In this document: piece by piece, positions 42,249-51,600 of the stretch
How the letters are laid out: each line of letters starts with the position of its first letter
How positions within the stretch are numbered: the first letter of the stretch is position 1
Translations under genes and position numbers: made by a program
DNA from: an archaeon
GTDB lineage: Archaea > Nanobdellota > Nanobdellia > Woesearchaeales > UBA9642
DNA: 64,000 nt
Assembly: GCA_020057295.1 (NCBI GenBank)
Contig: JAGVGF010000002.1
Span: 160,001-224,000, forward strand
Direction of reading: 5' to 3'
Notes under the pieces: model-generated
What the model was told of the DNA's origin: nothing
The model's input: the letters and a program-made list of their open reading frames with translations, nothing else
Databases searched by the model: none

Positions 42249-42503
42249 CTAATTATGCTTTTTCTTCAGTACAGCCGTAACTGCTGCACCAACAACTGCT
42301 CCTGTTGCAGCAGCGATTAATACTGCCTTTTCAGGGTTTTCTTTGATGTAGCCATCGACTTTTTTCTTTACTTCTACAGCTTTTTCTTTTAAGTGCGCTA
42401 TCTCTTTCTCGCCGCTTTTTTTGATGCTTTCAGCTTTATCCATTACTTTATCGACGCCATCATGCGTTTTTTGTCTTATATCAGATATTTCTTCATGCTT
42501 CAT
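42249..42503 (-). CDS. ElaB/YqjD (DUF883)-like tail-anchored stress protein
   Basis: Helical N-terminus, YIKENPEKAVLIAA..G.VVG, basic C-terminus. Confidence 0.8.
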   Translation of the reverse strand: MKHEEISDIRQKTHDGVDKVMDKAESIKKSGEKEIAHLKEKAVEVKKKVDGYIKENPEKAVLIAAATGAVVGAAVTAVLKKKHN

Positions 42504-42532
42504 TTTTTCACCTTGTTTACTTTACAATTTTT

Positions 42533-42874
42533 TTATTTATCAGATTCTGATAATTTTAATATTAACCCTACTACAAAAACAGTTATTCCTATAGAAAAGA
42601 ATGCTGTAGAATTGTTCCACATTAGATACTCTACTAAAAAAAAGAATAACGCAAAGATTAATAATAATCCTCCAAATCCTATTATTGCAAAGGATAATAT
42701 TTTTCTTAATATTCTTTTTTCTATTTGTTTTATTCTATCATCAACATTTTTCATAACTATTTCGGCTCCTTCCACTATTGGAGGAAGTATAGTTGCTGAT
42801 ATTATTTGAGGAATAAAACTTAACACATCTTTTATAGTGTCCATGAATCCGTGTTTTTTTTCTTGTTCAGTCAT
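42533..42874 (-). CDS. YqjE-like two-TM membrane protein
   Basis: Soluble N-terminal helix then two TMs; adjacent to the YqjD-like gene as in yqjDE clusters. Confidence 0.55.
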   Translation of the reverse strand: MTEQEKKHGFMDTIKDVLSFIPQIISATILPPIVEGAEIVMKNVDDRIKQIEKRILRKILSFAIIGFGGLLLIFALFFFLVEYLMWNNSTAFFSIGITVFVVGLILKLSESDK

Positions 42875-42922
42875 TTTTTTGTCCTCTTCATAATAGTTTT
42901 ACTATCATTTTGTAAAAATGCT

Positions 42923-43561
42923 CTACCACATTTTTGTTTGAATTCTATTAAACAATTTTCTAAACCATATTTGTATTCTGTCATCTGGTTCTACGTCTAC
43001 TTTCATAAATAATGTTGCATTATTATCTTTTGTATCTGTGAATGTTATAGATAAATCTGATTTACCAACAGGAGTTACAAGACCAGGATAAGGATATAAA
43101 AAATCATACTGACGTTCTATAGTATCATAACATCCTCCTATTTTGTCCTTTGTGTGTGAGGAATCACAAATTACAGGATTCCATCCATGATATTTATTCA
43201 TAGGACTTACTTTAGGTATAGCAACATCTCTAAATTGAAAAATACAAGAGCTATGTGTCATTTCACAATGTGATATTATATTATACCATGTTGTAGGATT
43301 GTAATCATTATCGCTGTCAGTAATAGATATAATTAATCGAACTGGTTTTTGTTCATTTTTTATTGTTCCTAAATCATATACATAAACTCCGTTAACATCT
43401 ATTGTTGGACTAACTGTATCAACATATTTTGTTGCATGATTATTATTAGGATCAATGGAATAATAACTTAATTTTCCAAGAATTGGTGCAGCAGCATTAA
43501 CACTTATAGTTGCCAAACTTATAGCAATACACAATATAATTATACTTGTTAATTTATTCAT
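42923..43561 (-). CDS. Secreted hypothetical protein with amphipathic aromatic C-terminus
   Basis: Signal ending VNA; four Cys in the mature part; IQIWFRKLFNRI tail; GGAG SD. Confidence 0.75.
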   Translation of the reverse strand: MNKLTSIIILCIAISLATISVNAAAPILGKLSYYSIDPNNNHATKYVDTVSPTIDVNGVYVYDLGTIKNEQKPVRLIISITDSDNDYNPTTWYNIISHCEMTHSSCIFQFRDVAIPKVSPMNKYHGWNPVICDSSHTKDKIGGCYDTIERQYDFLYPYPGLVTPVGKSDLSITFTDTKDNNATLFMKVDVEPDDRIQIWFRKLFNRIQTKMW

Positions 43562-43736
43562 TTTTTTACTCCTTTAGTTATTTGTCTTTTCATTTCTATA
43601 ATTTTATTTTTCTAATGTGCTATTATAATTCCAATCAAATTGCTCCTAGTCCAAATGCCAAGATAAATTCAATCTGATCTTCTCTTAATTTTTGTTCTTT
43701 TTCAACCATTGTATAGTTTATATTGTACTTTGTTAT

Positions 43737-43853
43737 CTATATTTCGTTGATGTTTCTGCTGTCCCAAAGATCTATTGTTTCTTCAGGTATATCATTGGAT
43801 TCATATAATTCATCCGTTATTTTTAATGCTCCAAATTTATTTACGTACATCAT
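43737..43853 (-). CDS. 38-aa acidic microprotein (not in ORF track)
   Basis: MMYVNKFGALKITDELYESNDIPEETIDLWDSRNINEI after a GGGGTGA SD. Confidence 0.45.
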   Translation of the reverse strand: MMYVNKFGALKITDELYESNDIPEETIDLWDSRNINEI

Positions 43854-43910
43854 TTGTTCACCCCTACATTTATGTATAATTTAAGTATTATTTATCATTT
43901 AAAGTCAAAT

Positions 43911-46900
43911 CTAACCGAATATGTGTGTGATCCAGTAAGCGAATTGATTCCACCAATTACCTATAGTTGACCATATACCTGTAGGTGAAGATTCCAATGC
44001 AACATTACCTGTAATTAGGTTTCCACTATTACTTGTATTTCCATTATTATTTTGATTTGTTGCTACAGTATTTTGTTCATTATTATTTTGATTTGTTGTT
44101 GGTACTATTGGTGTGGTCGTATTTTGTTTTGGAACTGTTGCTTGTCCTGGTGTACATGATTTTGTTCTTGTCAATGTTGTATTGCTATTGTCTGTGTAAC
44201 ATATTTGTGAACTTACGCCTTCTGAATTACATGTTGACCATGTTTCACATTGCAATGGTATTCCTCCTGATGAGCCTCCACTACTACCTCCTCCACTCGA
44301 AGATGTGACAACTGGTGCAGCAGCTTCTGAATATGTTACAAATTGTGTAAAATGTTTTGTCCAAATAATTAAATCGTTTCCAACATCTATTTTACAATCG
44401 CTTTCAATAGGCAGTAAGTCATTAGCAACTTGAGTATCATTCAAACAAACATTAAGTATTTTTGTAAATACTCCTGCTCTCGAATAACCCGTAAGTTTTC
44501 CTGCCTGACCAGATATTACAAGTCGAGCTGCATTATCAAATGTCAATTTAGTATCACCATAGCCCACTTCAACAACTGATAAAACAGTGTTAGTCATTCC
44601 ATTATTTACTGTTGGCGTTACGCTTGTTAGAACATTAACTGTTGGAACATTCATTATGCCATTCCAATCCTCAGGACCAGAAATGGTTGTTCCTGAAGGC
44701 AATGTTACACTATAATCAGTTCCTAATGTATCTCTTGAAAGTGTTAAATCATTTGATAAATTAACAGATGTAAAATTTGTTGTTACATTTGTTATATTAT
44801 TAGTTACTGAATTAGTCGTTGTTAAAAGAGACAAATCTAATGTTACTTGTTTTGTATCTTCTATGGTGTTTGGTACATTAATATTCGTTAAAGGCGAACC
44901 AACCGGAACAAGTATATCTGTTGAATTTTCAGTTACGTTCATAACTTCAGAATCTGCTAATGTTTGATTTTCTGTTGGAATGTCTGTCATGTTAGTTGTC
45001 AATGCAGAGGTAGTATACCATGGTGCATAACTTACATTGCCAGAAATAACGGCTGTAAAATTAGGATTAGCACTGCCCCAATAATTATACGTTGCGTTAA
45101 CAAATGGGTGAGTAGAACTTATACTAATATCATTATTAACAAATCTATTTTCGTGTGCAACTACAACAGTGTTATCTATATCTGAATATCCAACTGCTAT
45201 AGCTTCAGTACAGTTTGAAATCGTATTACCTGTTATAGTAGCACGAGTTCCTGTTCCGTAATAGTCCGTTACTAAAATTCCTGCCGATGTCGAACCGTCA
45301 TTTGTTGTAACGCCCTTGCAATTTGATATAGCATTGTTAGATATTATTGCTGATGCTCCCGCACCTACTTCTATTCCATAATCTAAAAAATCACCTGATC
45401 CTTTTCCGACATAAGTATTGCCAGTAATCAAAGCGTTACCAATCGCTGGTCCACTATACGCTCCACGAACATGAACTCCTATACGTTCAATGTTGCTGAA
45501 TGTGTTGTTGCTGACTGTTATATTGCCAAACACTACGATTCCGCGGCCAGAGTACGTGCCTGCTTTAATGTTCTTTATAATATTATTGTTAATCGTTCCA
45601 TCACCATAAGATGCTATTGCCCAATTAATTAATCGTGTTGGTGCATCACCATCTAGTGTTACATTACTTAAATTGAAATTCACACCGGTGTTAATCAGGA
45701 ACCATGCTGCGCTATCAGCATTGTTGCCTGCAGTATCGGTTGATGGCTTTATGATTGTCGTTAGTTTATTAACTCCGACGATAGATACATTTTTGCTAAT
45801 GACTATTTGTCCAGTTTCAGTATACGTTCCTGGTCCTACTTTAATCGTGTCGCCGCTCTGAGCAACTCTATCAATCGGATATCGTTTTATTGCAGTGTAA
45901 ATACCAGCAATATTAACAATATCTCCTGTTGAACCACAGCCGATGCAATCCCATGTACGCATTTCATTTGCTGGAGTCCAAACAGTTACAGATTTATCGA
46001 ATGTGTTTGCAGTAAGAATAGCGTTCCAATCCAATGAACTATAACCTACATTTCCTTTGTAATTTCCCCAAGCAATAACATGTCTACGATCTGCTGTTGT
46101 AAATTCATTATTAGTAATTGTTGCTGCTCCAACAGGATACACATCCCATAGATCTGCTTGTGGACCAACAAATTCAATTCCATCCATAACGTTCTCAAAC
46201 TTATTACCTATAATTACACGATTAGCAACATCTCCACTCCAACCTGCACCGCTGCTAAAACGGATGCCAGAACCATATAAGCCTGCTCCGCCACCATCTA
46301 GTAAGTTTCCTTCAATTCTATAAGATTGTAAATGAGAACTGTCTGTTCCCGAATCATACTTTGGATCGTACATATAGATTGAAGAAACTCCATCCATTGC
46401 ATTTATTACAGAATTTTTTATTACAACATTGTTCCCAATCACTTCAACTGTTTTAGTGTTCTCTCCACCGTTCCATCCCAAAATTGTGAAACCAGAAATT
46501 ACTACATTATCAGCTTGAACAAATATTGTGTCCTCATGCCCAGAGTTTAACAATTGTCTTTTTGGACTGATTGTTGCAAGGACATTATCATAATTTGTTA
46601 TTACATTTCCATTATTATCAACACCTTGTATAGTGACTGATTTATCTACAAAGATATTGAAATCACTAGAACCTGCTCCGCCATCAACTTGATTACGGGA
46701 ATTCGCTTCATCCTGGTTATATGTTCCAGGTGTGACATCAATTATATCGCCACTAGTGGCTGCATCAATCGCAGCCTGAATAGTATAAAAAGATTGCTCT
46801 CCTGAATCAAGAATGTTATTTACATTCGTATCAATGAAAACTGGACCTGAAAAATTCGTAGCGTTAGAAGTATAAATAGATATGTTGTTAGAATCTAATG

Positions 46901-47663
46901 TTACTGCTGTTTGTGCTAATGCTCTTCCGTTTAATGTTGCTCCAGTTAGCATTGCAATATTTGTAGCATCTAAAATATTTCCACTTAATACTGATGTTGT
47001 TCCAAGTGTTGTTGTGCTAGCGACTTGCCAGAAGATATTTTTTGACTGGCAACTTCCATTTAATATAACTTGCTTTGAAGAAGCAATATTTAGAGTATTT
47101 GCTATTTGAAATATAAACACACCATTCGAGTCTCCTTGACAATCAAGAACAACATTGTTATTTATCAATACCGAAGTACTTGGACCCCATTTGTAAATTC
47201 CTGGTGTTAAAGTCATTCCGCTAATGTCTCCTGCTCCAAGTTCGATATAATCTGCGGATCCTGTGCCATTAACTCTTCCAGCTGCATCATTGTAAGCAGT
47301 TGTCATATCATTTGTTGCAGTATTAATTTTAGCTGGGGTTGGAACAGCATAGTTATATGCATATATTTTTCCATTCACTAAAGTTGATGTAGAAAATTGA
47401 TTAGAACTATCTAGAGTTAACGCGAAATTTCCTGTTATTGCTGTAGAAGTTACTGCAGGGCCGACACCAATATCTCCAACAATAGATGTTGTACCAGTAG
47501 AAGATATTCCGGAACCAGATAATATAACAAAGTCTGCAGTTGATCCGAGATTTACAATCGCGGGACTTGATGCATTAACAAAGTATACCATAAATAAGAA
47601 AATTATGAGAATAAATACTATTGAATATACAACGATTTTTGATAATATCTTTTTCTGTTTCAT
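43911..47663 (-). CDS. Ice-binding-like (DUF3494) multidomain surface protein with beta-helix repeats, HFT-motif domain, TSP1-like module and amphipathic tail
   Basis: VNLGS...FVILSGSGIS.TG.T.I.GDIG; TLTPGIYKW; VFIFQI; NIFWQVA; GATLNGRALAQTAVTLD; TIQAAIDAA..GD.I.V.PGTY; WTKHFTQF. Confidence 0.92.
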   Translation of the reverse strand: MKQKKILSKIVVYSIVFILIIFLFMVYFVNASSPAIVNLGSTADFVILSGSGISSTGTTSIVGDIGVGPAVTSTAITGNFALTLDSSNQFSTSTLVNGKIYAYNYAVPTPAKINTATNDMTTAYNDAAGRVNGTGSADYIELGAGDISGMTLTPGIYKWGPSTSVLINNNVVLDCQGDSNGVFIFQIANTLNIASSKQVILNGSCQSKNIFWQVASTTTLGTTSVLSGNILDATNIAMLTGATLNGRALAQTAVTLDSNNISIYTSNATNFSGPVFIDTNVNNILDSGEQSFYTIQAAIDAATSGDIIDVTPGTYNQDEANSRNQVDGGAGSSDFNIFVDKSVTIQGVDNNGNVITNYDNVLATISPKRQLLNSGHEDTIFVQADNVVISGFTILGWNGGENTKTVEVIGNNVVIKNSVINAMDGVSSIYMYDPKYDSGTDSSHLQSYRIEGNLLDGGGAGLYGSGIRFSSGAGWSGDVANRVIIGNKFENVMDGIEFVGPQADLWDVYPVGAATITNNEFTTADRRHVIAWGNYKGNVGYSSLDWNAILTANTFDKSVTVWTPANEMRTWDCIGCGSTGDIVNIAGIYTAIKRYPIDRVAQSGDTIKVGPGTYTETGQIVISKNVSIVGVNKLTTIIKPSTDTAGNNADSAAWFLINTGVNFNLSNVTLDGDAPTRLINWAIASYGDGTINNNIIKNIKAGTYSGRGIVVFGNITVSNNTFSNIERIGVHVRGAYSGPAIGNALITGNTYVGKGSGDFLDYGIEVGAGASAIISNNAISNCKGVTTNDGSTSAGILVTDYYGTGTRATITGNTISNCTEAIAVGYSDIDNTVVVAHENRFVNNDISISSTHPFVNATYNYWGSANPNFTAVISGNVSYAPWYTTSALTTNMTDIPTENQTLADSEVMNVTENSTDILVPVGSPLTNINVPNTIEDTKQVTLDLSLLTTTNSVTNNITNVTTNFTSVNLSNDLTLSRDTLGTDYSVTLPSGTTISGPEDWNGIMNVPTVNVLTSVTPTVNNGMTNTVLSVVEVGYGDTKLTFDNAARLVISGQAGKLTGYSRAGVFTKILNVCLNDTQVANDLLPIESDCKIDVGNDLIIWTKHFTQFVTYSEAAAPVVTSSSGGGSSGGSSGGIPLQCETWSTCNSEGVSSQICYTDNSNTTLTRTKSCTPGQATVPKQNTTTPIVPTTNQNNNEQNTVATNQNNNGNTSNSGNLITGNVALESSPTGIWSTIGNWWNQFAYWITHIFG
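44122..44280. repeat. 159-bp direct repeat, copy 1 (copy 2 at 49605-49763)
   Basis: Six mismatches, all transitions, on manual alignment; encodes the shared Cys module. Confidence 0.9.
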
Positions 47664-47687
47664 TTTTAATCCGCCTCTCCCCTTGTA

Positions 47688-47707
47688 AACATATTAAATA
47701 ATATGTT
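47688..47707. promoter_or_regulatory. Inverted repeat AACATATTA-AA-TAATATGTT upstream of the largest ice-binding gene
   Basis: 9-bp arms just 5' of the GGGGAGAGG SD. Confidence 0.35.
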
Positions 47708-47742
47708 CTTAAACAATATTTTTTTATTTTTTTATACAAAAT

Positions 47743-48228
47743 TTATCTAGCCTTGACTTCTCCTGGAGATGCTGAAATAGTATCTTCTGTATTCTCTACA
47801 TCTCCTTCGGAAAATCTGTAGTGTCTTGTAATTTTAATTCTTGCAGTATCTTCGATCACATCTCCTGTTTTGTCAGGCAGTAATCGCATATTATGAATAT
47901 CAATTCCTTGAATTTCTATCTCTACTTTTCTTATACTTGAATGGTTTGGTGTGAGTACAATGGTTTTGTGATCAGGTCCCCATTTTTTCTCGAATGTTCC
48001 AGATGTATAATTAAATTTAGATAAAGGAATATTTGGAAGGGTTAAGCAATTCGCTTTCAAAAAAACAATATACTCGCCATAAGTCATTATAGGAATTATG
48101 CCTTTGCCCTCTTTCTTGCTTTGATTTTCAAAACGTATAGTGTCTTTTCTTTGTATATAGTGCAAACTATTCTTTTGATTTATGTTACTTTTAATTTCGT
48201 CTAATTTATCTTCTTTTGATTTTTCCAT
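47743..48228 (-). CDS. Hypothetical protein (161 aa from MEKSKED)
   Basis: The ORF-track N-terminal extension overlaps the upstream gene; ATG at 48228 avoids the overlap. Confidence 0.65.
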   Translation of the reverse strand: MEKSKEDKLDEIKSNINQKNSLHYIQRKDTIRFENQSKKEGKGIIPIMTYGEYIVFLKANCLTLPNIPLSKFNYTSGTFEKKWGPDHKTIVLTPNHSSIRKVEIEIQGIDIHNMRLLPDKTGDVIEDTARIKITRHYRFSEGDVENTEDTISASPGEVKAR

Positions 48229-48266
48229 TGTAATAATGCTCCATTTTTTAAAATGATATTTTTTTC

Positions 48267-48596
48267 TTAAAGTGGCCCAGCAATTGTTGGTAATATTAAA
48301 CTGACAATAATTGCAAAAATCCATATAACTACAGCTATAACAAAAGATTTTATCCAACCAATCTTATATAAACTACCTAGAGCGATAAGCCAAGCTATTC
48401 CACCAATTAATGCAGCAACCCAACCTATTCCTATAAAATAAGAAGTGAGTGAAAATATTATTGCACCGACAAGTGCAGTTAATATAGCTGTACCAAATCC
48501 TTCTTTTTCTCCAAATAATTTTGCAGCTATATAAATAATAATTGATGATATGATTAAACTTATCAAAAATCCTATTAATGCTTCTAATACTATCAT
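48267..48596 (-). CDS. Small four-TM membrane protein
   Basis: Hydrophobic throughout; GAGG SD. Confidence 0.8.
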   Translation of the reverse strand: MIVLEALIGFLISLIISSIIIYIAAKLFGEKEGFGTAILTALVGAIIFSLTSYFIGIGWVAALIGGIAWLIALGSLYKIGWIKSFVIAVVIWIFAIIVSLILPTIAGPL

Positions 48597-48682
48597 AATA
48601 AACCTCTATTTCTTGACCGTGTCATTACACAATTTTGTGATAATGATTCCTAATATAGAACCTAAATATTTTTTGTTAACAT

Positions 48683-48802
48683 TTACGTTTTCATTATTTT
48701 TTTTCCTGCAGGTCTGTTTTTTACCATTCCTTTTCCACCTGCGCTCTTTGCAGCTCTTTTCTTTGCTGCTGTCATTCTTCCGCCTCTGCTTGATTTTGCC
48801 AT
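48683..48802 (-). CDS. 39-aa Lys/Gly/Ala-rich basic microprotein (not in ORF track)
   Basis: MAKSSRGGRMTAAKKRAAKSAGGKGMVKNRPAGKKIMKT; GGAGG SD inside the upstream gene end; ATG 1 nt after its stop. Confidence 0.6.
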   Translation of the reverse strand: MAKSSRGGRMTAAKKRAAKSAGGKGMVKNRPAGKKIMKT

Positions 48803-48803
48803 T

Positions 48804-49034
48804 TTATTTCCTCCGTTTGTTATAGTCTATGTTTTTAATTAGCCAATAAATTCCTACAATTATTAGAATAATTACTAAGATGCTGAAAATCCAGCCGAGC
48901 GACATAAATCCATAACTATATCCGCTCATCATTCCATAACTTCTAAAACCGAATCCGAAAAATTCTAAGAGGATTAGAATTGCTATAACAACAACTATTC
49001 CTATAATAAAATTTTTATTATCTTTCTTTGTCAT
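48804..49034 (-). CDS. Small two-TM protein with YGMMSG loop
   Basis: Two hydrophobic helices joined by a Gly/Met/Tyr-rich loop. Confidence 0.75.
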   Translation of the reverse strand: MTKKDNKNFIIGIVVVIAILILLEFFGFGFRSYGMMSGYSYGFMSLGWIFSILVIILIIVGIYWLIKNIDYNKRRK

Positions 49035-49080
49035 TTTTATTTTCCCAAATTTAATTTACTAATATAAATCTGATAATTAT

Positions 49081-49269
49081 TTAAGCTTGTTTGATCACGT
49101 GAGCTATTACTGAAATTGCAAATAATATTACAAAAATTATAGCTAACCATTTAGCGATTGTAAATGATGTTCCTGAGATGAATCCAAATCCTAATATTCC
49201 AGCAATTACTGCTACTACCAAAAATATTATCGCTAAAAACAACCAGCCTCCTAAACCTTTTTTATTCAT
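49081..49269 (-). CDS. DUF1328 (YtjA/UPF0391) small membrane protein
   Basis: AIIFLVVAVIAGILGFG.I.G....IAK.L..IF. Confidence 0.85.
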   Translation of the reverse strand: MNKKGLGGWLFLAIIFLVVAVIAGILGFGFISGTSFTIAKWLAIIFVILFAISVIAHVIKQA

Positions 49270-49384
49270 TTTTGTCTCCGTTATAATTATGTATTCTTCA
49301 CAGTAAGTTTATATCACATTTGAATCAAATGTTCTAATTAAAAAAATAAAAAAATGTATTACGCAACTTTACGTTGATAAGCTT

Positions 49385-51490
49385 TTAACCAAATATGTGT
49401 GTGATCCAGTAGATGAACTGGCTCCACCATCGACCTATAGTTGACCATATTCCTGTAGGTGATGATTCTAATGCAACGTTACCTGTAATTTGGTTTCCAT
49501 CATTTGGTGTATTTCCATTATTATCTTGAACTACTGGTGTAGTCTGATTTACTGCCCAAGTGTTTTGTCCATTGTTACCTGTGTCTGTTACTGGTGTAGT
49601 TACGTTTTGTTTTGGAACTGTTGTTTGTCCTGGTGTACATGATTTTGTTCTTGTCAATGTTGTGTTGCTATTGTCCGTGTAACATATTTGTGAACTTACG
49701 CCTTCTGAATTACATGTTGACCATGTTTCACATTGTAATGGTGTTCCTCCTGATGAACCTCCACCGCCTCCTCCTGTGCTTGCTGGTGGTTGTACAACAG
49801 CAGCATCAGTTGTAAAGCTTGTAGTATTACTTACAGAATATCCTGCTTTATCATAACATGTAATATTTACTGTATAAGCTGTACTAGAACTTAGACCGCT
49901 TAAACTAGCTGTGTATACTCCATTACTTAAAATTAAATTGCCGCTTCCCGCGCCTGTATAAGTACAATTATTTATTCCAGAATACATATCACTAGCATTA
50001 ATAGTAATGGTTGCACCACTACTAGTTACACTACCGCTGGATACACTGTTTGTTACTGGTGCAGTTTGATCTACATAAACTGTAAACGAAGTCGTGTTTA
50101 TGTTTGTAGCATTATCTCTTACAGTTAAGTTTACATAGTACGTACCATTTGTAGTAACAGTATATGTTTCTATTGCTGAAAGATTAATTGTGGTTGCTGT
50201 CCAATTCTGTAACAATCCTCCTGTAGAATTGTATACTGATAATGTCCAATTTATTAAGTTAGTATCATTAGCAGTAAAGTTAATACTTAATGTTGTGTCA
50301 TTAGTACCGTAACCATTACTTACATTGTTGATACTATTAATTAATGATGTTGGCATAATTGTATCTATAAAAACCATTCTATTACTAGAGTTAGTTACAA
50401 CAGATCCGTCATCACAACTCATATACCAACTATTGTTACCTTCGCTTAATTGTGCATTAGCAGTAATAGCAGTATTAGTATTATTAACAACTGAACTATT
50501 TGTTCCTACAGAAACATTGTTTGCATACAAAGTACAAGATGCTGTTGAAGCACCAACATACTTGAAAGTAAATGCTGGCATATTACTAGTATTCCATGTA
50601 TTAGTTGTAGGATTTACTAAAGTTACTACTGGTGAACTTGTGCCAGTTGGCGATGTAACTATATTGGATTGCAATGTAACTTGATCAGTTGATGCAAATA
50701 ATTTACCAGTTATATTAGCACCAGTAAGTGCGTTTACTTCTGTCCATGCGAATACATTTCCATAAAAAACAGTGTTAGTTCCAATAACTGTTTTACCTGC
50801 TGTTCTCCAATAAACATTTTTTGCTTGTGCACCGTTTGCTAAAATTATATTACCTCCTGGGGCTCCAGTAATAAGAGTGCCTGTACCGACTATATTAAAA
50901 ATCCACACGGAATTAGGATTACCTTCTGCATCTAGAGTTAAATTTCCTTGTTGTATTATTACATTGGAAGCAGTCTTATAGACTCCACGAGTAAGTGTTA
51001 AATTGCCTAATTCTGTTGGGCAAGATATTGTTGGTGCGTCAGGATTTGGGTCTGCAGCTAAATATGTGAATGCAATTCCTAAATCAGTTTTTGCTTGAGT
51101 TATCATTGCACCGCTAGTTGTCCATGTTGCTCCAACAGGTAATGTTGAATAATGTAATGGATAAGGAAATGGTGCCGGATTAGAATCATCGGATGCGTAT
51201 GATGTTCCGCCTGTAAGTTCAGTAAAATCTCCTGCAGGTCCAGTTGATGTGAATCCTGTAATGAACGTACGAGCTTGATCTTCTACACCAATATCTCCAC
51301 CTGTAATATTACTGCCTACTGTTGTTGTGACTGTTTGACTAGCTAAAATTACGAATCTGCCTGCTTCTCCTAAATCTGGAGCAGTTGGATTTTCTCCTAC
51401 TGCATTAACGTTAATTGCACTAATTAATAATATAGTTGCAAAAATTGCAATATACATAAAGATGTTTGATGATGTGTTTTTTTGTTTCAT
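49385..51490 (-). CDS. Ice-binding-like (DUF3494) surface protein with Ig/FN3-like stalk, TSP1-like module and amphipathic tail
   Basis: DLGEAGRFVILA; LTLTRGVYK; LTLDAEG.PNSVWIF; GAQAKNVYW; GANITGKLFA...VTL; LSGLSSSTAY. Confidence 0.9.
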   Translation of the reverse strand: MKQKNTSSNIFMYIAIFATILLISAINVNAVGENPTAPDLGEAGRFVILASQTVTTTVGSNITGGDIGVEDQARTFITGFTSTGPAGDFTELTGGTSYASDDSNPAPFPYPLHYSTLPVGATWTTSGAMITQAKTDLGIAFTYLAADPNPDAPTISCPTELGNLTLTRGVYKTASNVIIQQGNLTLDAEGNPNSVWIFNIVGTGTLITGAPGGNIILANGAQAKNVYWRTAGKTVIGTNTVFYGNVFAWTEVNALTGANITGKLFASTDQVTLQSNIVTSPTGTSSPVVTLVNPTTNTWNTSNMPAFTFKYVGASTASCTLYANNVSVGTNSSVVNNTNTAITANAQLSEGNNSWYMSCDDGSVVTNSSNRMVFIDTIMPTSLINSINNVSNGYGTNDTTLSINFTANDTNLINWTLSVYNSTGGLLQNWTATTINLSAIETYTVTTNGTYYVNLTVRDNATNINTTSFTVYVDQTAPVTNSVSSGSVTSSGATITINASDMYSGINNCTYTGAGSGNLILSNGVYTASLSGLSSSTAYTVNITCYDKAGYSVSNTTSFTTDAAVVQPPASTGGGGGGSSGGTPLQCETWSTCNSEGVSSQICYTDNSNTTLTRTKSCTPGQTTVPKQNVTTPVTDTGNNGQNTWAVNQTTPVVQDNNGNTPNDGNQITGNVALESSPTGIWSTIGRWWSQFIYWITHIFG
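49605..49763. repeat. 159-bp direct repeat, copy 2
   Basis: Matches 44122-44280. Confidence 0.9.
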
Positions 51491-51600
51491 TTTTGTTTCT
51501 CCCTTATCGTAAATTTTTTGTTTTTTTTTATTCTATAATTTTTTCAAATCTGATTTTGATTTTCTTTTATTTATTGTATATTCTTATCGTAAAATTTTTA

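Noticed and set aside
42533-42874. Phage holin indicating a provirus
   Set aside because: No viral genes nearby; adjacency to the YqjD-like gene fits a stress cluster
43613-43709. Possible frameshifted small membrane gene (MVEKEQKLREDQIEFILAFGLGAI / IGIIIAH)
   Set aside because: Too short and lacking a clear SD; cannot distinguish a remnant from chance without reads or homologues
51503-51599. CTTATCGTAAA(A)TTTTT occurring twice between two ice-binding genes
   Set aside because: Likely a by-product of the local duplication; no independent support as an operator
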